This document shows, piece after piece, positions 63,813 through 64,000 of a stretch of DNA of 64,000 bases. The stretch covers positions 255,254,001 through 255,318,000 of the forward strand of contig NC_067400.1 in NCBI RefSeq assembly GCF_016432865.1, given 5' to 3'. The stretch comes from Antechinus flavipes. Taxonomy: Eukaryota. A program made the position numbers and the translations under genes. The notes below the pieces were generated by a model, which had not been told where the DNA came from, ran no database searches, and saw only the letters and a program-made list of their open reading frames with translations. How positions within the stretch are numbered: position 1 is the first letter of the stretch; the number at the start of each line of letters is the position of its first letter.

Positions 63813-64000
63813 AAACTCTGAGATACCACTATACACCTGCCAGACTGGCTAAAATGACAGGGAAAGATAATGCGGAATGTTGGAGGGGATGTGGGAAAAC
63901 TGGGACACTGATACATTGTTGGTGGAATTGTGAACACATCCAGCCATTCTGGAGAGCAATTTGGAATTATGCTCAAAAAGTTATCAAACTGTGCATACCC
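63813..64000 (+). mobile_element. Young L1 ORF2 C-terminal segment (5'-truncated, runs off the window)
   Basis: Open frame TLRYHYTPARLAKMTGKDNAECWRGCGKTGTLIHCWWNCEHIQPFWRAIWNYAQKVIKLCIP contains the L1 ORF2 cysteine-rich HCWWNC motif. Confidence 0.92.

Noticed and set aside
40312-64000. SYNJ1 second coding exon (SAEKEAIKG...LRLNLG)
   Set aside because: Not recognised by eye in the remaining 23.7 kb; it probably lies beyond the window. A tblastn search would settle it.
1-64000. Prokaryotic features (CRISPR arrays, operons, rRNA/tRNA genes)
   Set aside because: The sequence is mammalian intron/exon DNA. The tRNA-like boxes belong to SINE heads, and the 37-bp repeat at 49642 has no spacers.

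Overview
Eukaryotic (not prokaryotic) AT-rich genomic DNA from a marsupial, most likely an Australian dasyuromorph; this is inferred from WSINE1/Mar1-type CORE-SINEs, marsupial L1 3' ends, and L2 and L3/CR1 relics. The window holds PAXBP1 (GCFC1) coding exons 3-18 on the + strand (2602-31087; exons 1-2 lie upstream of the window). Then come its 3' UTR, a ~7 kb spacer, and the CpG-island promoter, first exon and first coding exon of SYNJ1 (+ strand, ATG 40188). The rest is repeat-rich SYNJ1 intron. Exon numbering and the ends of the three N-masked exons rely on my recollection of the human orthologue. Most interesting observations: (1) a cluster of splicing-regulatory signals around PAXBP1 exons 5-9, namely a GC-AG intron, a strong cryptic acceptor followed by a ~94-nt stem-loop in intron 6, and repeat-poor introns; (2) three N-runs that fall exactly on conserved exons; (3) a near full-length L3/CR1 relic that retains its ORF1 esterase motifs; (4) a SYNJ1 promoter with an ETS-CRE-ETS palindrome, a GGC-repeat polyglycine uORF and a perfect antisense 5' splice site, a candidate PAXBP1-AS1-like transcript; (5) a head-to-head SINE palindrome with swapped target-site duplications, later interrupted by an L1. 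Most ORFs in the supplied track are spurious.
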